Source of the DNA: Bacillota bacterium
GTDB lineage: Bacteria; Bacillota; Clostridia; Christensenellales; Pumilibacteraceae
Direction: 5' to 3'
Length of the DNA: 64,000 nt
Assembly (NCBI GenBank): GCA_009783985.1
Contig: WQVM01000001.1
Span: forward strand, 7,921 to 71,920
How positions within the stretch are numbered: position 1 is the first letter of the stretch; every line of letters starts with the position of its first letter. Below, piece by piece: positions 60,467 to 64,000 of this stretch. The notes under the pieces were generated by a model. The model ran no database searches. It worked only from the letters and a program-made list of their open reading frames with translations, and had not been told where the DNA came from. A program made the position numbers and the translations under genes.

Positions 60467-63400
60467 GTGAAGTTTAAGCGATTAGAAATTAACGGCTTTA
60501 AGTCCTTTGCGGACAAGCTGGAAGTTAAGTTCGGCAAGGGTATTACTGCTATTGTCGGACCTAACGGCTGCGGCAAGTCCAATGTTGCCGACAGTATAAG
60601 GTGGGTGCTCGGTGAGCAATCGGCTAAACTTTTGCGTGGCTCAAGTATGGTTGATGTTATTTTTAACGGAACCGAAAAACGCAAGTCGCTTAGTTATTGT
60701 GAGGTCGCTCTTGTTTTTGATAACAAGGAGGGACTTTTTCCGTCTTTGGCATATGACGAGGTTGTTATATCCCGTAAGCTGTATCGAAGCGGTGAGAGTG
60801 AGTATGCCCTCAATCGCAGTGCGTGCAGGCTCAAAGATATTGTTGACCTTTTGCGTGACAGCGGAATGGGTCGTGAGGGATATTCTATCATCGGGCAGGG
60901 GCGTATTGACCAAATGCTTAGTGCGAAGCCTGAAGACAGGAGAGCCATATTTGAGGAAGCCGCAGGAATTAGCAAATTTAAGGCTCGTAAGGTAGACGCA
61001 GAACGAAAGCTAGCCAGAGCCAATGATAACCTTAGCCGTGTGACCGATATTTTGGGTGAGCTTGGCAGACAACTTGAACCTCTTAGTAAGCAAGCCGAAG
61101 CCGCACGCAAATATATGGACCTTAGAGAGAGACTAAGGCATTTTGAAATCAATACTTATATCTATCAATATGATTCGGCGAGTGAGGCAAAGGCGGCGAT
61201 TGACGAGCGTCTTAATGTGGTTATTGCCGAGTTTGATAAGGTGCAAAAGGATTTTGACCTTGCAGGAGCAGAATACAACGAGGCGATGAGCAAGCTCAAC
61301 GGACTTGATGCGACTATTGAGGATTTGTGGAATCAAAAGCTACAGCTAACCGTAGGGATAGAAAAATACACAGGCGAAGTTAAGATTCTTGCTGAGAGAG
61401 CAGCCGCACAAGCAGAGCAAGCAGAGTATCTAAGCCGAGAAATCGCAAGACTGGAAGCCGAACGCAATCAAGCACTAGAATATCTTAGCCAAAACGCTAA
61501 GGTTGTCGAGAGCAAAAAGGAACAATTAGAAAAACGCAAAACCGAACTAGAGCAAATCACTAAGGTCTACATAGACTTTGCCGAAAAACTTGCTGTAGGT
61601 GAGGGTGAGGAAGAGAGCAACAGGCAAGCTATAATGGAGGCGATGGACAAGCTGGCTGACATCAAGGCTAATGCATCAAGTCTTACCGCCGAAAAAAAGG
61701 CTCTCGCCGAAAGACATGAGGATGTTCAGCGCCGTATAATCTCTATAAGCGAAAAAGCGTCGGAAGAAAGTAGCAAGGTAGCCGAGCGGGCTAAGTATAT
61801 TGACGGATTACAAAATGCTAAGGCTGACCTAATGAGAGTAAGCACAGAGGCGGCGGATAAGCACAACGAGATTGCAAGCAGTATCAGTGAGATTGCATCA
61901 AGGATTGATAAGCTCAACACGGCACTTATTGCACATGAAGCAAGACAAAAAGTGCTTGCCGAGATGCATTTGGCGTATGAGGGTTTTGGGGCGGCGGTCA
62001 AAAAACTGATGACCGATGCCAGAGAGGATCAGGCTCTTAGGGGGCTAATGGAGGGCGTTATAGCCCAACTTATAAATGTTCCGCAAAAGTACGAGGCGGC
62101 TATTGAGGCGGCTTTGGGGGCGGCGGTGACGAATATTGTTACTCGCACCGAAGAGGACGCCAAGTCACTAATCGGATACCTCAAAGAAAAACGCTACGGA
62201 CGCATAACTTTCTTGCCGATAAGTGCGGCTAGGGGACGCTCACTTGACAGAGATGAGACGGCATACTGTATCGGTGATAAGATTTATGGTGCGGCGGACA
62301 AGCTAGTCACTTGTGACAGTAAGTACGCTAATATAATATCGGGACTGCTCGGTCGTACGGTTGTTGTAGATGACCTTGATACGGCGATAGCCTTGGCACG
62401 CAAGAGCAAGTATTCCTTTAGGATAGTTACGCTTGACGGTGACCTTGTTACGCCGGGCGGAGCGATGACGGGCGGTAGCCGTAAGTCTGATGTGGCTAAC
62501 TTGCTTGGACACGAGAGAGAGCTTAAAGAGCTTGACGCGTCAATCAAGGATGCGTCCAAAAATATGGAACTTCTTACAGGCGAGCGAGAGAAAAAAGCCG
62601 AAATGCAAGAGGAACTGTCGGGCAAAATCAAGTCGCTTAATGGTAAGATTCATACTGCCGATGTTGAGATTGCCAGCGAAAAAGCAGGACTTGAAAAAAT
62701 CGAGGCTAGCTTAGAGGATTTGCTCAAAGAAATCGAGGTTTTGCAAGGTGAGTTAAAACTTATCGGCGAGCGGACGGGTGCGATAGATGGTGACTTGGGT
62801 AGCGTGGGCGAATTAGAGGCGATTATAGCAGGCAAAAAAGCCGAAGCAAGTCAAGCACAAGGTGAGCAAAAGAATAGATTTGACGAGATTAAAAAAGGGC
62901 GGGACTTGGCACTAGAGCAAATGACTTCGGCAAAGATTGCTGTAGCTGAGCTTGATGCGGAGATTAGTACGCTTGCTGTTGAGTCAGACAGGCTTAGCAG
63001 TACTGCTACTAATATAGGCAAACAAATCGACAGCGACAAAGCACTTGCGGAGTCTGCTAAAGAGGCGGCGGCTAATATTAAGAAACAAATCGAGAGAATG
63101 ACCTCTCCCGAACGGGCTGATGATAAGCAAAAGGTTGAACAGATTGTCGCAAAACTTGACAATCTTGATAACTACAAAAAACAATTGCAAGCAAGGGTAG
63201 CCGAGCTTGACGAGGGGCGGACTGCCCTCATAACGGCAATGCAGAGTTTGACGGAGAAAAAGAGTCGTGAGGAAATGCTGCTTGTTAAGGTTGATACGGA
63301 TATTGCAACTTTGGAAGAGCGGGTTATGCAGGAGTACGAGCTTGATTATACAGCGTGTTTGGAGTTTAAGGAAGAAGGGTATGATATTACAGCAGGTGCG

Positions 63401-64000
63401 GAAGAAACTGACAGACTAAGACGCCAAATCAAAAACCTCGGACATGTCAATATTGATGCTATTGAGCAGAGCAAGGAATGCTTTGAGCGGTATAATGAGA
63501 TGGATGTTCAGCGAGAGGATTTGGTTAAGGGAATTAACGACCTTAACAATATTATCGGCGGACTTAGCAAAGAGATGGTCGAGAGGTTTGCTAGAGAGTT
63601 TGAAAAAATCCAAACAGGCTTTACAGCGACATTCAAGGAGCTGTTTAATGGCGGTCATGCTGAGTTAGTCTTGCAAGAGGGCGAGGATATGCTGGAGGCG
63701 GGTATTGAGATTATCGCTCAACCGCCGGAGAAAAAATTGCAGTCCATATCTCTATTGTCGGGTGGTGAAAGAGCGCTTACGGCTATTGCGATTTTGTTTG
63801 CGATACTTAGGATGCGTCCGATGCCTTTCTGCGTACTTGACGAAATCGAGGCAGCACTTGACGATGCCAACGCAGGTCGTTTTGCTAAGTATCTGCATAG
63901 GTTTAGCAGCAACACCCAAATTATCGTAATCACTCACCGTAAGCCTACTATGGAAATGGCAGACGGCTTATACGGTGTAACAATGGAAGAAAAAGGTGTA
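60467..64000 (+). CDS. smc: Chromosome segregation protein SMC (3' end beyond the window); absent from the ORF track because no stop is reached
   Basis: GTG start preceded by an in-frame TAA. VKFKRLEINGFKSFADK...ITAIVGPNGCGKSNVADSIRWVLGEQSAK. Hinge ...GYLKEKRYGRITFLP. C-terminal LSGGERALTAIAILFA..., FCVLDEIEAALD, ...GLYGVTMEEKGV at nt 64000. Confidence 0.95.
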   Translation, partial: MKFKRLEINGFKSFADKLEVKFGKGITAIVGPNGCGKSNVADSIRWVLGEQSAKLLRGSSMVDVIFNGTEKRKSLSYCEVALVFDNKEGLFPSLAYDEVVISRKLYRSGESEYALNRSACRLKDIVDLLRDSGMGREGYSIIGQGRIDQMLSAKPEDRRAIFEEAAGISKFKARKVDAERKLARANDNLSRVTDILGELGRQLEPLSKQAEAARKYMDLRERLRHFEINTYIYQYDSASEAKAAIDERLNVVIAEFDKVQKDFDLAGAEYNEAMSKLNGLDATIEDLWNQKLQLTVGIEKYTGEVKILAERAAAQAEQAEYLSREIARLEAERNQALEYLSQNAKVVESKKEQLEKRKTELEQITKVYIDFAEKLAVGEGEEESNRQAIMEAMDKLADIKANASSLTAEKKALAERHEDVQRRIISISEKASEESSKVAERAKYIDGLQNAKADLMRVSTEAADKHNEIASSISEIASRIDKLNTALIAHEARQKVLAEMHLAYEGFGAAVKKLMTDAREDQALRGLMEGVIAQLINVPQKYEAAIEAALGAAVTNIVTRTEEDAKSLIGYLKEKRYGRITFLPISAARGRSLDRDETAYCIGDKIYGAADKLVTCDSKYANIISGLLGRTVVVDDLDTAIALARKSKYSFRIVTLDGDLVTPGGAMTGGSRKSDVANLLGHERELKELDASIKDASKNMELLTGEREKKAEMQEELSGKIKSLNGKIHTADVEIASEKAGLEKIEASLEDLLKEIEVLQGELKLIGERTGAIDGDLGSVGELEAIIAGKKAEASQAQGEQKNRFDEIKKGRDLALEQMTSAKIAVAELDAEISTLAVESDRLSSTATNIGKQIDSDKALAESAKEAAANIKKQIERMTSPERADDKQKVEQIVAKLDNLDNYKKQLQARVAELDEGRTALITAMQSLTEKKSREEMLLVKVDTDIATLEERVMQEYELDYTACLEFKEEGYDITAGAEETDRLRRQIKNLGHVNIDAIEQSKECFERYNEMDVQREDLVKGINDLNNIIGGLSKEMVERFAREFEKIQTGFTATFKELFNGGHAELVLQEGEDMLEAGIEIIAQPPEKKLQSISLLSGGERALTAIAILFAILRMRPMPFCVLDEIEAALDDANAGRFAKYLHRFSSNTQIIVITHRKPTMEMADGLYGVTMEEKGV

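Overview
AT-rich, Clostridia-like chromosomal segment (spoVG, type III glutamine synthetase, nrdD with NrdR boxes, recJ, folD, hisC, lysC, smc running off the 3' edge). All calls come from reading the sequence and ORF translations and from motif memory; no searches were run. Main blocks: (1) 44-6.7 kb accessory genes, including a DUF4132-like giant protein, a DUF11/jelly-roll protein and a decayed DUF1905 gene. (2) Three tRNAs: Tyr-GTA and Leu-GAG on the minus strand, Leu-TAA on the plus strand, the last next to a 5'-truncated, frameshifted large serine recombinase. (3) A tandem HEPN pair (AbiJ/Abi_C-like plus classical HEPN). (4) A fused MacB-type ABC transporter with an intramembrane-sensing two-component system. 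(5) A ~21 kb glycan locus (18.5-39.8 kb): AraC regulator, ABC importer, three GH87-like beta-helix enzymes, Ig/CBM-like lipoproteins, GH65 phosphorylase and beta-PGM. I interpret it as an alpha-1,3-glucan utilisation system. (6) A 2.1 kb ORF-free region (39.8-41.9 kb) with a consensus promoter-to-terminator unit (candidate ~270 nt ncRNA), a 497-bp MITE-like element with 28-bp terminal inverted repeats and 13-bp flanking direct repeats, and reiterated hairpin motifs. (7) A modular palindromic repeat family (boxes GTCATTGCGAG and CGACGAAGCAATC) at six or more sites, one or possibly two inserted in-frame in coding sequence. No CRISPR array, rRNA or intact prophage was seen.
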